Below the pieces are notes generated by a model. The model did not search any database. It was not told where the DNA came from and worked only from the letters and a program-made list of their open reading frames with translations. From Nitrosopumilus sp. (lineage in GTDB: Archaea; Thermoproteota; Nitrososphaeria; Nitrososphaerales; Nitrosopumilaceae): a DNA stretch of 64,000 bases. The position numbers and the translations under genes are program-made. The stretch is taken from assembly GCA_965214775.1 (NCBI GenBank), contig OZ243974.1:480001-544000 (forward strand), read 5' to 3'. This document shows positions 50,471-61,800 of this stretch, one piece after another. Position 1 is the first letter of the stretch; each line of letters opens with the position of its first letter.

Positions 50471-50590
50471 AGTCTTCCCAAAAGTACCCCAAATGGTGGC
50501 TCCAAACTCGAAGCAATCCAAATCATCCCTGCATGCAGATCCGCATATAGCTGTTTGCATCACCCCTAGTCTAGTACATCTGGGAAGACT
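50471..50590. repeat. MITE-like repeat family A, copy 4
   Basis: TIR agtcttcccaaaagtac / gtacatctgggaagact. Confidence 0.7.
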
Positions 50591-50592
50591 GT

Positions 50593-50686
50593 GTATGCTG
50601 ACAATCATAAATTCTTGAATGCCATCTACTGCCTGTAGGAATGTTTGATCATGAAATACTTCAAGAACTTTTGCTCGCCAGTATAC
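50593..50686. repeat. MITE-like repeat family B, copy 2
   Basis: Imperfect TIR gtatgctgacaatcataaattcttgaa / ttcaagaacttttgctcgccagtatac. Confidence 0.6.
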
Positions 50687-50769
50687 GAGGTCACCTCTCC
50701 CTAATAATTAGGCGCGAATTGCATACCGTTGTGATTTTCATGCCAGTCAGTAAAGAACGCGACCGCGTA

Positions 50770-52338
50770 CTATGGTTTAACAAAATTCGCCGTATCATTT
50801 TCAATGGTTTTTATTTCATTATTGTTTTTAATTTTTTTAATTTCACCATAAATGTCAATGTCGTCTTTAATTTTTTTGCAAATTTCTTTACATTTTGTCA
50901 ACTCTGGTGTTTTTGTTCTAGTAATGCTAAAGTCTTTCACATATGGTTTTATCTTTTTAAATAAATCCGTATTTAAAAATTCCATCAAATATATCTCATA
51001 AATTAGAGCATCCAATACTTGATAGTCCAAATATGTTTTTTCTTGATCATTAGAGTATAATGTTTGTATTATGACAGTAATTTTTCCAACTATCTCTTGA
51101 TTCTCTTTTGCAGTTTCTTTTATTTTACATTTTGCTAATACTCCAATTGATTTAGTATGAAATTTTTTTTCATAATAGAATGTCATTAATCGTGAATTGA
51201 TTATTGCTAAAAGATATTCATACTCAAATTTGCTAGACGTAACGCATAATTGTTGAAATGTATTTGATAGTCTTGTTTCTGCTTTAGTAATCTGTATTCC
51301 ATACTTGTGTCTTATTTTTTGTAGATCTTTCCATTTGGTACCTGTAAACAGTGTGTTATCTGTAAAAAAATACCCATAATCTATTAAACCTACTAATGAC
51401 TTATTTGTAATTCTCCTAACTAATAGCTTGGTATGTTCAAAAACTTCTTTTATTCTTGGACGATGGTGTTCTTTTGGTTGATAATCTAACCATCTATGTT
51501 TTGAGGGTAAAAAGTATCTATCAATGTCTTTTCCTTCAATATATGGCAAAAAATTTTGTTTTTTATTATTAAACACATAATCTTCTTTTTTCTTTTTAAC
51601 ATTTTTTCCTGAGCCATGTTGCAGAATCATTCCTTGTTGACAATAAATTATGCTTTCTAGATCAACAGATTTTTTTTCAATCATATTAATGATCTTGTCA
51701 CTTTCTAAAGATCTTTTATCATTATATGTTAGATTAAGGTTTACTATGTGATTATGCTGTTTTAGAATAAATTGCTTATTTACTGTGATTTTTTTACTAG
51801 TGTCCCAATTCTCAAAAATGAATTCATAATCAGATGGATTATTCATAAGAAGAGTGATCACGGTATGTACACCAGCATTAGGGAATTTTCCCGTGTATGC
51901 TATACCCAAAATTGTAGTTTCATTAAATAAAAATTCTCTTAATGTGCTTGCAGATGCTGAATCTAGAATGCTATCTTCTGTTAGAAATCCAAAAAAACCC
52001 TTCTTTGCAAGCAATGATATTCCACGTTTCATAAATGCCCAGAACAGATCAAACCTTCCTTTCATGATGCTTTTATTTTTGTATGAGAATTGTTCTTTTA
52101 AGAGAGGTTTCAAACATGCGTCAATTTTCTTCACTTCTATGTAAGGAGGATTCCCAACAACAGCATCAAAACCTGGATTCTTTTTCCTTTTCCCATCATC
52201 ATTATGGAATATGTCCGGAAACTCCAGATCCCAGTGGAAGAACGAGTGCTTCTCTGCCACACGCTTGACCTCGGGCCACGTGCTGCCCTCGGCAAAAAAG
52301 TCAAGGCTGTTCTCGCCGATTTTTGCGACATAATCGCC
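50770..52338 (-). CDS. Silent/alternative C-terminal half of the methyltransferase (NPPY plus TaqI-C-like target recognition domain)
   Basis: Begins with sequence identical to 60636-60829, then diverges; KLLVRRI...YLLAIINSRLMTFYY; lacks motif I. Confidence 0.85.
   Translation of the reverse strand, partial: GDYVAKIGENSLDFFAEGSTWPEVKRVAEKHSFFHWDLEFPDIFHNDDGKRKKNPGFDAVVGNPPYIEVKKIDACLKPLLKEQFSYKNKSIMKGRFDLFWAFMKRGISLLAKKGFFGFLTEDSILDSASASTLREFLFNETTILGIAYTGKFPNAGVHTVITLLMNNPSDYEFIFENWDTSKKITVNKQFILKQHNHIVNLNLTYNDKRSLESDKIINMIEKKSVDLESIIYCQQGMILQHGSGKNVKKKKEDYVFNNKKQNFLPYIEGKDIDRYFLPSKHRWLDYQPKEHHRPRIKEVFEHTKLLVRRITNKSLVGLIDYGYFFTDNTLFTGTKWKDLQKIRHKYGIQITKAETRLSNTFQQLCVTSSKFEYEYLLAIINSRLMTFYYEKKFHTKSIGVLAKCKIKETAKENQEIVGKITVIIQTLYSNDQEKTYLDYQVLDALIYEIYLMEFLNTDLFKKIKPYVKDFSITRTKTPELTKCKEICKKIKDDIDIYGEIKKIKNNNEIKTIENDTANFVKP
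52145..52338. repeat. 194-bp perfect inverted repeat, left copy
   Basis: Exact reverse complement of 60636-60829 (compared base by base). Confidence 0.97.
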
Positions 52339-52343
52339 AGAAT

Positions 52344-52982
52344 CTAGGAAAAGTATTGCGACAGATCCGACTGTCTTGCTTTACTCTTGCCCGTTTTTTT
52401 CGAATCCGATGTTGCATCATGAATTATTTCGACCAAACGTTTCTTGTACTGTTCTCTGCCTGGAAGCGAGTTTGTTCTTCCTAGTTTGTTAAGATATTTT
52501 TTTTCCTTCTCAAAGAGATCTAACTTCTTGAGCATCTTGTGCTTTCTTTTTAGTGCTCTGTAGTATGAAAAGTACACAGAATCAATAATCTCGCTTTTCT
52601 TGAAAATCTTGACCACGGCCATTAGATCGTGAATGTAGTCCTTGCTTAATCCAAAATCCCTGGACATAGCCTCATTGTAGTTTATAATTTCAAACTCGTC
52701 TTCTACCGATTCATTGAACGCATTAATCAGATTTCCCAGCTCCCAGTACAGGGAGCTTGGCAGATCCTGATATTTTTCCTCTTTTAGCGATGGTCCGTAG
52801 AATAACTTTTTTGCAGACTGCACCGTATAAAGATATAGTTTTTTGAACTTTTCGATCTTTTTCTCCAGTGTGTTGCTGCTGCCTACGTAATATGTAAAGT
52901 CAACCAGAACGCTTGTCTTCTTGGTGTTGTGCATGTCCTGTGTTTGTACTATGCGGATGGGTATTCTATCTGTCAAATCCAC
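52344..52982 (-). CDS. DUF1016/YhcG N-terminal-like protein
   Basis: LYWELG...MSRDFGLS...FSYYRAL. Confidence 0.55.
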   Translation of the reverse strand: MDLTDRIPIRIVQTQDMHNTKKTSVLVDFTYYVGSSNTLEKKIEKFKKLYLYTVQSAKKLFYGPSLKEEKYQDLPSSLYWELGNLINAFNESVEDEFEIINYNEAMSRDFGLSKDYIHDLMAVVKIFKKSEIIDSVYFSYYRALKRKHKMLKKLDLFEKEKKYLNKLGRTNSLPGREQYKKRLVEIIHDATSDSKKTGKSKARQSDLSQYFS

Positions 52983-54499
52983 ACCGCATGCAGTATTTTT
53001 TCAAACTTTTCGAGGGTCTCTATGGCATCCATTTCTATCTGATCATTTTTTGCTTTGATCAGGGATGAGATGACCACCCTAGTCAGATTATAGTCACGTA
53101 GTGAGGGGTTTTTGGATACGGATTGTGAGAATGGATGTCCTATGTTGTACACTACCGCCCTGTTTTGGACATCAACCCACCCCTCACGTGGATCATCTGG
53201 GAAGTCCTCCGGGATTATGTAGATTCCTCTTGTTTTTCTGGTTTTATTTACTCCCTTTTTGTCGGCTTTGTCGTCTTGGTATGTTCCCGTTCCATGATCA
53301 TCGCCGCTAGGAGATTTTGTAGACTGGGAGTCGTTATCTGTCCTTTCACCCTCAGTCTCGCCTGTCTTGGGAGCTTGTTTCCCCGGGCCCTCGTTGATGG
53401 TAATATCCCCCTCTTCTCTTGCAACAGATATGTCATGCTCGCGCGGATTTGAAAATGGGTTTAGGAACTTTAGCTCCGGATTCTGTAGTATCTTGTCTAG
53501 TCTTTTGGTAAGCTCGTTTACAACTATGTTTGTTTTCGAGGTGATGTCTTCATGTTTGAAGATCAGTTTTCTTTTTTCTAATTCACTATACAATCTTTTA
53601 CTTACTTGGCCTCTGATTTTGTTGGTTTGAAAATTCTTCTTAAAGTTCTCCTTGTTGGCAACCAGATGTGCGGCAAGAATCGATACGTCTGCCATGCAAA
53701 GAATTTTTTTACTGTTGTCCTCTTTTATCAGATTAGCCCATTCTACCAGTTCATTTTTTATTCTTTTTCCAAATACTGAGTATACGATATGGCGCCGGTC
53801 TTCGGGAATTTCGTCTTTACATATCCATATGTGGCATGGTATGTAGCTGTTTGCAACCTTTATTTTTACGTGTATACTTTCCCCTGAAGGTTGCCAAGGC
53901 ATGATAGGTCTGTCATCTACGGATAACTCTAATTTCTTTGAAAGCAATGCGTCATTGAACCAGAATCGCAACTTTTCAGATATGTTCTCCTGCAGCCAGA
54001 TGTATCCCTCTGGGCTTACTTTGACCCTGTACGATGTTCCGTATTTGTGATCTAGCTTTCTATTTCCGGTTATCTGAGTGATTGAGCCACCATTCAAGCT
54101 GGAATCATATTGGACATCATCCCCTGCTCTGAACATTCTAGAAGCTAAAATGTCGCTGTTTTTGCCAGTAATTGTAATAATTTCTGCCTGATCCCATGCG
54201 GCTAGAAATATTTTTGCGCCAACGCCTGCAAATCCAATGCCCTCGCCTTTTGTTTTTGTAGATGATGAGATTGTGTGATATCTCTCAAAGTCAACTGGCT
54301 TCATGGGTGGCCCATCGTTTAGAAATACGATGTAACAGTTGGAGTCATTACGGACAAGATTGATTTTGATTTTTTTTGCCTTGGCATCAATGCCATTTGC
54401 GATGGCTTCTAAAACAAGAACTTCCTCTTTTGGGTATTCATACATGTCAAGCAAGTTGTTTAACGTTTCAAGTATTTTGATCTTAAGCTGTTCAGTCAA
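52973..54499 (-). CDS. GHKL/MORC-type ATPase
   Basis: EAIANGIDA, NDGPPM, GIGFAGVGAK, GT motifs. Confidence 0.8.
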   Translation of the reverse strand: MTEQLKIKILETLNNLLDMYEYPKEEVLVLEAIANGIDAKAKKIKINLVRNDSNCYIVFLNDGPPMKPVDFERYHTISSSTKTKGEGIGFAGVGAKIFLAAWDQAEIITITGKNSDILASRMFRAGDDVQYDSSLNGGSITQITGNRKLDHKYGTSYRVKVSPEGYIWLQENISEKLRFWFNDALLSKKLELSVDDRPIMPWQPSGESIHVKIKVANSYIPCHIWICKDEIPEDRRHIVYSVFGKRIKNELVEWANLIKEDNSKKILCMADVSILAAHLVANKENFKKNFQTNKIRGQVSKRLYSELEKRKLIFKHEDITSKTNIVVNELTKRLDKILQNPELKFLNPFSNPREHDISVAREEGDITINEGPGKQAPKTGETEGERTDNDSQSTKSPSGDDHGTGTYQDDKADKKGVNKTRKTRGIYIIPEDFPDDPREGWVDVQNRAVVYNIGHPFSQSVSKNPSLRDYNLTRVVISSLIKAKNDQIEMDAIETLEKFEKILHAVWI

Positions 54500-54504
54500 C
54501 TGTG

Positions 54505-55446
54505 TTAGCTGTCCGGTTTGGAATAATATGTTTTATGAAATGTTACACTGGCATCAAGATGCCGGTACATGTCAAGCAGCTCTTCCACGGTGTATCTGTT
54601 GTACTGCCCCATGTAAAACTCATGCCCTGCAAGGATATGCCCTAATCCGAACTGTATTCGGTTGGCCTTTGTTATGAAATATGCACGCAGGCTGTGCACG
54701 TGTATCGTGTACCTATTCTGCTTGCAATGATCATATTTTTTCAGCATGCCGGTTTTTTTCCTTGCAGCCGCAAAACGCTTGGTCACAAGGTTACTGAACT
54801 GATCTGATCTTCTACGTCCTGCAAAGACATAATCCGATGCTTTTCCTATGTCTATCCTGTACCGGATCATACTCGATACTTGTTTTGAGAAGAATGTGAC
54901 ACGTGATCTTCCGGTCTTTGTTATGGATGCAGGTATTCTTACCGCTATGTTTTCATGTGCAAGATCAAGATTGGAAATCCTTATTTGTCCAAGCTCCCCC
55001 ACTCGCATTCCGCTAGATACAAGCGCCAGAAGATGAAATCTGAGCTCCGGTCGGGATGCTTCAAGAATGTTTTCCATGATCTCAGGCGTGATGGGCAGCT
55101 GGCTCTCACGTAGCAGTTTTGGAAACTTCAAATTTTGTTTTATGCCTACTGGATCAAGCTTTATCCCGTTGTACCACAAATATGATCTTAATGAGTTAAA
55201 GTAACACCTTATGCTTGAGGAAGCAATCCCACGTCCCACATTCCATTCTATCCACTCCTGAAGAAATGGGTAGATATCCTCTTCATTGTAGTGAGACAGA
55301 TCCTGGGCGTCTATCCCGAATGCGCGAACGTTGTTCACTGTACATTGAAATAGTTTCTGTGTTTGTTCTGATCTCATTTTCAATGTAGACATATAACTTG
55401 ACAGTGTCTTGTGTTTGGTACCACGCGGCGTATACAAAACCATCAT
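54505..55446 (-). CDS. Tyrosine recombinase (candidate invertase)
   Basis: SSGMRVGE (R), TKTG (K), HSLR (H,R), LAGH (H), downstream Y. Confidence 0.9.
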   Translation of the reverse strand: MMVLYTPRGTKHKTLSSYMSTLKMRSEQTQKLFQCTVNNVRAFGIDAQDLSHYNEEDIYPFLQEWIEWNVGRGIASSSIRCYFNSLRSYLWYNGIKLDPVGIKQNLKFPKLLRESQLPITPEIMENILEASRPELRFHLLALVSSGMRVGELGQIRISNLDLAHENIAVRIPASITKTGRSRVTFFSKQVSSMIRYRIDIGKASDYVFAGRRRSDQFSNLVTKRFAAARKKTGMLKKYDHCKQNRYTIHVHSLRAYFITKANRIQFGLGHILAGHEFYMGQYNRYTVEELLDMYRHLDASVTFHKTYYSKPDS

Positions 55447-55606
55447 GTAAGATTTTTAAAACTGCTATATTACAGAAGATGTGAACAAAACGCAATTCAT
55501 GCATTTCAAACCATAGTCATGTTGTATTTTATCTTGATCGTGGAAAATTAAACACAGTCCAATCGTCACCTTTATCTTGAGGCCTTGATCATCACCACAC
55601 AACAGG

Positions 55607-58600
55607 ATGCTACGAGAAGACAACGTGATTGACAACAAAAACGTAGTTCTAAAAGAAGAACTGTTAAAGATCTTGCCAAAGACCAAAAATGCAAGCATTG
55701 CTGTAGGGTATTTTTTTATATCTGGACTATCAGCTGTGGTGGAGTCATTACAGGGTGTTGACAAAGTTCGCCTGCTCATATCAAACACCACAGATAAGGC
55801 GACTGCAGAATCACTCATTGAGGGATTTCACAGTATTAACCAGGTAAACAGGGAGCTCGGAAGGCAAAGTCACGTGAACGACGACAGAAGGGACAGAATT
55901 CGGGACGATTCAAAAAACAACATCAAAAAATCACTGGAATACATGAGTCAGACAAGCGGCGACAAAAAGACAGTCATGCTTCTCATAGAGATGATGAAGA
56001 CAAGCCAGATGGAGGTGCGTGTCTATCCAAAAGAAAAGCTGCACGCAAAGGCCTACATATTTCAGCCAAGAGACACCGACTTTGCACAAGGGCTAGGTAT
56101 AGTGGGATCCAGCAACCTGTCCCTTGCGGGAATATCCCATAACAGCGAGCTGAACCTCAAGACATTCAATGCTCCAGATGTCAACCAACTTTTGAGTTGG
56201 TTTGATGAGTTATGGGAAGAGGGATTGGATTTTACTGAAGACTTTAACATACTGTTGTCAGAATCGTGGGCAGGAACAACATATTCTCCTCGGGATGTGT
56301 TTCTCAAGGCCGCATACTTGGAGTACAAGGACAGATTGGAAGACCAGCATGAGATCGATCCGATCTGGGGTACAACGTTTCCGCAACTATTCCCGTTCCA
56401 GAGAAACGCCGTGGATCAGTGTCTTACGATGATCGAGTCCTATGGAGGGGTGATAATCGGAGATGTGGTGGGCCTAGGAAAGACATATGTTGGAACCGCA
56501 CTGCTAAAATACCTGCAGCTGCAAGATTACCGCCCGCTGATAATCTGCCCACCGCCACTTGAGCCAATGTGGGAAAAGTTCTGCGTAGATTATGAGGTTG
56601 ATGCAAAGATACTCTCACGAGGAAAACTGTCCCAGGACAGCTTTGAACTATATCAGGACTACAGATACAAAGATCGTGACTTGGTACTACTAGATGAAAG
56701 CCACCATTTTCGAAACAACGACTCACGACAATATGAGAATCTACAGCAATTCACACAGGCCCGCGATGCCAAAGTCATACTACTTACTGCAACGCCGTTT
56801 TCCAACGAAGCCAAGGACATCAAGAATCAGATAATGCTGTTCCACCAGTCCGAAAAGACACAGATACCGCCTGCGAACGAAACTGATCTCAACAGATATT
56901 TCGTCACGGTAAAAAAGGGAGAGGCCGATCTGGTGGATCTGCTTCGACACATCATGATCAGGCGAACACGGCGATATGTACTCAAACAATGGGGAGACAC
57001 GGATGAAAACGGGAGGGATTTCCTAAAAGTCGGAGATCAGGACAAGTATTTTCCCAGCCGTAAGATGAAAACACAAAGATACGACATAAACAAAGTTTAC
57101 CAGAACAAGTATGAAACAATCCTAGAATGTCTTCAGCGAGGCGAGCTTACATTTGCCAGATACAGCATTGGACTGTACGTAAAAGACGAATACACGGACG
57201 TTGAGTTGTACAAGGAGCTTGGAGCAGCTGGAACAAAACTCATAGGACTGATCAGGACGATTCTGCTGAAAAGAATGGAAAGCAGTCTTGAGGCGTTTCA
57301 GGAAAGCATTGCCCACTATATAAAAACCCACGAGATCTTTCTTAAACTGCTAGAGGAAAAAATCATCCCCATAGGTGATGTCTCCTACAAATCAATACAC
57401 GATCTCATAGAATCAGACTCAGATTACAGTACCATATATGATCCTGAGACAATAGATGAGTTTCGCAAAAAGATCGAAAAGGCTGGAGAAACAAAATACA
57501 AGTTTGAAGCATTCAAAATAGAGGAACTGACTCGGGACATCGAAAACGACATCAAGATCTTTAACACGATTGATGGCCTGATTCACAGGCTGTCATACAA
57601 GACGGATGACAAACTAAAGAAATTACAGGAATTGCTGGATAAAGAATATGTCGGTAAGAAGGTTCTGATTTTTTCCGAGTTTACAACCACGGCACGATAT
57701 CTGGACAAGCACCTGAAATGGAAAGGCCACAAGGAACAGGTTGATTCTACCACAGGCAACATGATTCAATGTGCAAGAAGGTTCGACCCCGACAACAACC
57801 CAAGCAGTGAAAAAAGGCCCGACAAGTCAGAGGAGATCTCACTGCTTATATCAACAGATGTCCTGTCAGAGGGGGTAAACCTCCAGGCAGGACAGGTAAT
57901 CATCAACTATGACTTTCACTGGAACCCTACCAGACTCATTCAAAGGGCAGGACGAGTGGACAGAATAGGAAGCAAGAACGAATTTGTCACTGTACACAAC
58001 TTTCTTTTGGATCCAGATATGGAGAAGGACTTTAGGTTGGAAGAGCATGTAGACCGGAAAATAGACAGCATACAGCAAAAAATCGGCGAGGACTATCCAA
58101 TATTAAAGCCGGGTGAACCGGTAAACACAAAAGACACTTACGCAATCTACAAAGGCGATGTGTCCATTCTTGATCACGAAGAGGAAAATCCACTAGAGCC
58201 CTCAAGGTTTGAAAAAATGTTAACGGATGTACAAATGAACAGCCCGCAGTTATGGGAAGATTTCACATCGATTCCAGACGGAATCAGAGGTTCTGACGGG
58301 ACAGAAACTGGAGGTGTGCTGCTCTTGGCATGTGAGAGCGGGACAGAAAGAAGCGGCAAGGTGAGAAAATACTATCTTGTCACACCAAACGAAAAAGTAA
58401 ACGAGATATCCTCACAGAAAGCACTGGAAATTCTAGAATCGGAGGACAAATCAACACATGCCACCCCTTCAAGTCACGACAGCCTGGTCGCTGCAGGATG
58501 GCGCCAATTCGTGGAGGAATCAGAGCAGATCAGGGCAAGAGCCTCAAGCACAAAACTAACCAGGCCACAAAAATGGATACGTGAAAAACTAATGAAGATG

Positions 58601-58858
58601 GACAAAAACGATACGTTTACGGATAAAAGGCAAGAGATTGAAACTCTGCTAAAGGCATACTCTATCCCAATCCTCAAGGGAAAACTAAACAGAGAATTGA
58701 CAAAGATTACAAAAGCAGGCATGGAAGACATGGAGATATTGGGCAGCCTTAGTCAGCTGTACCTGCATTACAACCTGCAAAACCAGGTAAGACAGGATGA
58801 GGAGGAGGCAACATCCCCCAGAATCCTATACAGCATGTACGTTGGGAAACATGACTGA
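55607..58858 (+). CDS. PLD nuclease-SNF2-type helicase fusion
   Basis: LHAKAYI...GSSNLS; DVVGLGKT; DESH; LLTATP; SEGVNLQ; QRAGRVDRIG. Confidence 0.9.
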   Translation: MLREDNVIDNKNVVLKEELLKILPKTKNASIAVGYFFISGLSAVVESLQGVDKVRLLISNTTDKATAESLIEGFHSINQVNRELGRQSHVNDDRRDRIRDDSKNNIKKSLEYMSQTSGDKKTVMLLIEMMKTSQMEVRVYPKEKLHAKAYIFQPRDTDFAQGLGIVGSSNLSLAGISHNSELNLKTFNAPDVNQLLSWFDELWEEGLDFTEDFNILLSESWAGTTYSPRDVFLKAAYLEYKDRLEDQHEIDPIWGTTFPQLFPFQRNAVDQCLTMIESYGGVIIGDVVGLGKTYVGTALLKYLQLQDYRPLIICPPPLEPMWEKFCVDYEVDAKILSRGKLSQDSFELYQDYRYKDRDLVLLDESHHFRNNDSRQYENLQQFTQARDAKVILLTATPFSNEAKDIKNQIMLFHQSEKTQIPPANETDLNRYFVTVKKGEADLVDLLRHIMIRRTRRYVLKQWGDTDENGRDFLKVGDQDKYFPSRKMKTQRYDINKVYQNKYETILECLQRGELTFARYSIGLYVKDEYTDVELYKELGAAGTKLIGLIRTILLKRMESSLEAFQESIAHYIKTHEIFLKLLEEKIIPIGDVSYKSIHDLIESDSDYSTIYDPETIDEFRKKIEKAGETKYKFEAFKIEELTRDIENDIKIFNTIDGLIHRLSYKTDDKLKKLQELLDKEYVGKKVLIFSEFTTTARYLDKHLKWKGHKEQVDSTTGNMIQCARRFDPDNNPSSEKRPDKSEEISLLISTDVLSEGVNLQAGQVIINYDFHWNPTRLIQRAGRVDRIGSKNEFVTVHNFLLDPDMEKDFRLEEHVDRKIDSIQQKIGEDYPILKPGEPVNTKDTYAIYKGDVSILDHEEENPLEPSRFEKMLTDVQMNSPQLWEDFTSIPDGIRGSDGTETGGVLLLACESGTERSGKVRKYYLVTPNEKVNEISSQKALEILESEDKSTHATPSSHDSLVAAGWRQFVEESEQIRARASSTKLTRPQKWIREKLMKMDKNDTFTDKRQEIETLLKAYSIPILKGKLNRELTKITKAGMEDMEILGSLSQLYLHYNLQNQVRQDEEEATSPRILYSMYVGKHD

Positions 58859-61800
58859 CAAAAAACTAGAAAGTTTGGCATATCGACTCAGGGATCTGAC
58901 CTCGTTAAGAGATCTTTTTTCAGAACTGAACTTTGATTTTGAGGACAAGCCAGTGAATAAAGACAGCTGGAAGCAAGATCAGAAAGATAAGGTCACAGAA
59001 GCCAGGGTCATAGCGAGCAAAAACAACTATCAGATATGCTATATCAGAACAAACACAAACTCATTAAAGGATTGGAAGGGCATATCATCCCGAATAATCA
59101 AGGACAATTCTGGACTATGTATGGTGTGCTCGCACAATCCTGACGGGTTTAAGTGGGTCTTTTCAAGCCTGTCAAAAAACTTTTCACAGTCCTTTTCAGA
59201 GACCAGACACGTTCCAATAGACATCACCGGGGATTCCGGTGTGCCCAAAACCTTCATCGATTTTTTGGAGGCGCTAAAAATCAAGGGAAAGTCCACCACC
59301 ACATCCATCACCACCCAGATATCCAACGCATTTGACTCGTTCGCAGTACAGATTCACGACGAGCTTACCGTAAACGTGTTCGAGGCGTTGAAGATCCTCT
59401 CTGAAGGGATAATTCTGGACGAGTCCAACGAAATGCAGTTGGATGAACAGCTACTCGAGGAAATCCGAGAACCGGTATTCATTTTGTTATACAGGATCAT
59501 CTTCGTATTGTACGCAGATGACAGGGGAATTTTTCCAATCGACAACAGCACCTATCATGACGAGTTTAGCCTGAAATGGATCAAGCACGAGTGGTTGCTA
59601 AAGGGGCAGGATCCAAAAAAGATAGACGAATACGGTGTCCAGGAACGCTTGTGGCGACTGTTCAGACTGATCGAGTACGGCAGTGAGGATCTAGGATACA
59701 ACCCCGACAAGCTTTTCATGAAGCCCTACTATGGAAGGCTGTTTGACAGGCAGATCCATTCAAGACTGGAAAAATACAAAATAAAAAACCAGTATTTGCT
59801 GGAAGCCATCGGCCTGCTTACGCGCACACGTGACAAAAAGGGGAACTATTTTTTCCTCGATTATTCGGCACTGGAAACAAGACACCTTGGTTCCATATAT
59901 GAGCGCCTTCTGGAATACCATCTTACGGTCAAAGACAAAAAGATCGCGGAGCTTCCAAATCCAAAAGACCGGAAGGCATCAGGCAGTTACTATACCCCCC
60001 AGTACATCGTGGATTACATCGTGGAAAACACAGTAGGTCCGCTAATAGACCACATCATAAAGACGACCGCCGAACCTGACGAGCAGGTTGAAAAGATATT
60101 GGACTTGAATGTTTTGGATCCTGCAATGGGTTCTGGCCATTTCCTGGTGGGAGTTACAGACTACATTGCACGGAGGATATGTGAAATAGAGTTTACTGGG
60201 GAGATACCCGAGCAGGTGTTTGTGGAGCGCAAAAGAGACGTGGCCAGGCGGTGTATCTATGGCGTAGATCTAAACCCATTAGCGGTGGATCTGGCCCATG
60301 TTTCCCTGTGGCTTGAGACGCTTTCATCTGAAAAGCCACTATCTTTTCTGAGTGCACACCTAAAAACAGGTAATTCGTTAGTTGGTGCCAACATAGACGA
60401 CATATTTGCAAAACAGACAACACTGATGGAGTCGGCAAAGGGCAGAACGCAGTTCAAGAAAACTGTCAGGGACTTTATCATGCTTGAACAGCTTGAGGAC
60501 GATACTGCAGCTGCAGTAAAGACAAAGATGGCAAAGTACAAAAAAATTCAATCAAAGGGAACCATATACTATCAGCTGAAATTTTTACTGGATGCCAAGG
60601 TGGCAAAAAACTTCGGCGTGGAAGTTCCACCGTTAGGCGATTATGTCGCAAAAATCGGCGAGAACAGCCTTGACTTTTTTGCCGAGGGCAGCACGTGGCC
60701 CGAGGTCAAGCGTGTGGCAGAGAAGCACTCGTTCTTCCACTGGGATCTGGAGTTTCCGGACATATTCCATAATGATGATGGGAAAAGGAAAAAGAATCCA
60801 GGTTTTGATGCTGTTGTTGGGAATCCTCCATATGGAGCGAAGATATCAAAACATGAACAGAAATACTATAAAGAGAGATTCTCAAAGGTAGGAAGTACTG
60901 ACACGGCACAATTAATGATGCGTGCATCCTTTGACCTGCTATCCAAATTTGGAATCAATGGATTTATCGTTCCCAAGGCACTTACATTTGCATCAAATTG
61001 GAAAAAAATTAGAATGCATCTGATGACAAATTTATCAACACTGATAGATTGTAAAAAAGTGTGGAAGGACGTAAAACTTGAGCAGGTTATTTACATATAT
61101 CAAAACAGTCATACAAGAGAATCCTATCTTACTGGATCACGAATAAAGCATGATCTTATTGCAATCACAAAAATCGACAAGAACGAATGTACGATGTTTG
61201 AATTTTTGATTAGTGGGCTTGAACGAAACGAGATCACAGTGGGACAGAAAATACATGCAAAATCTGAGAAATTAGGAAAATATATTACCAACAATAGAGG
61301 ATGTATGCTACAAAATAAGATCAGAGAAAACGGCGAAGTGAAAGTAATTGGCGGTGCACAGATCCAACGATATTACATCACAAAGGAATTGAAAGGATAT
61401 CTAAATGCCAGAGACATTAACGATAACAAAGCATATATCCAAAAAAACTCGATTCTCGCACAAAATATTGTTGCACATGTTGAAAATCCAGTAGATCATC
61501 TAAAGATTACTGCAACAATACCACACAATGCCAGATTTATTGTATTAGACACAATAAACCAAATCACGGTAAACATGATCGACCCATATTATATCTTGGG
61601 GTTTTTAAATTCAAAAATATTAAACTGGTATGTATACAGATTTATCTTTGCCAAGGCAATTAGAACCATGCACTTTGATAGTACAGTAACAGATAGAATT
61701 CCAATTATTATAGACAAGAAAGAACAGGTAATTAAAAGGGTAAAAAATCTAATTCGGCTACATACAAAGCCTTCAACACTTCAAAGAGACAAAGACATAT

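Noticed and set aside
52145-60829. Diversity-generating retroelement TR/VR pair
   Set aside because: The copies are identical with no adenine-specific mismatches, and no reverse transcriptase is present
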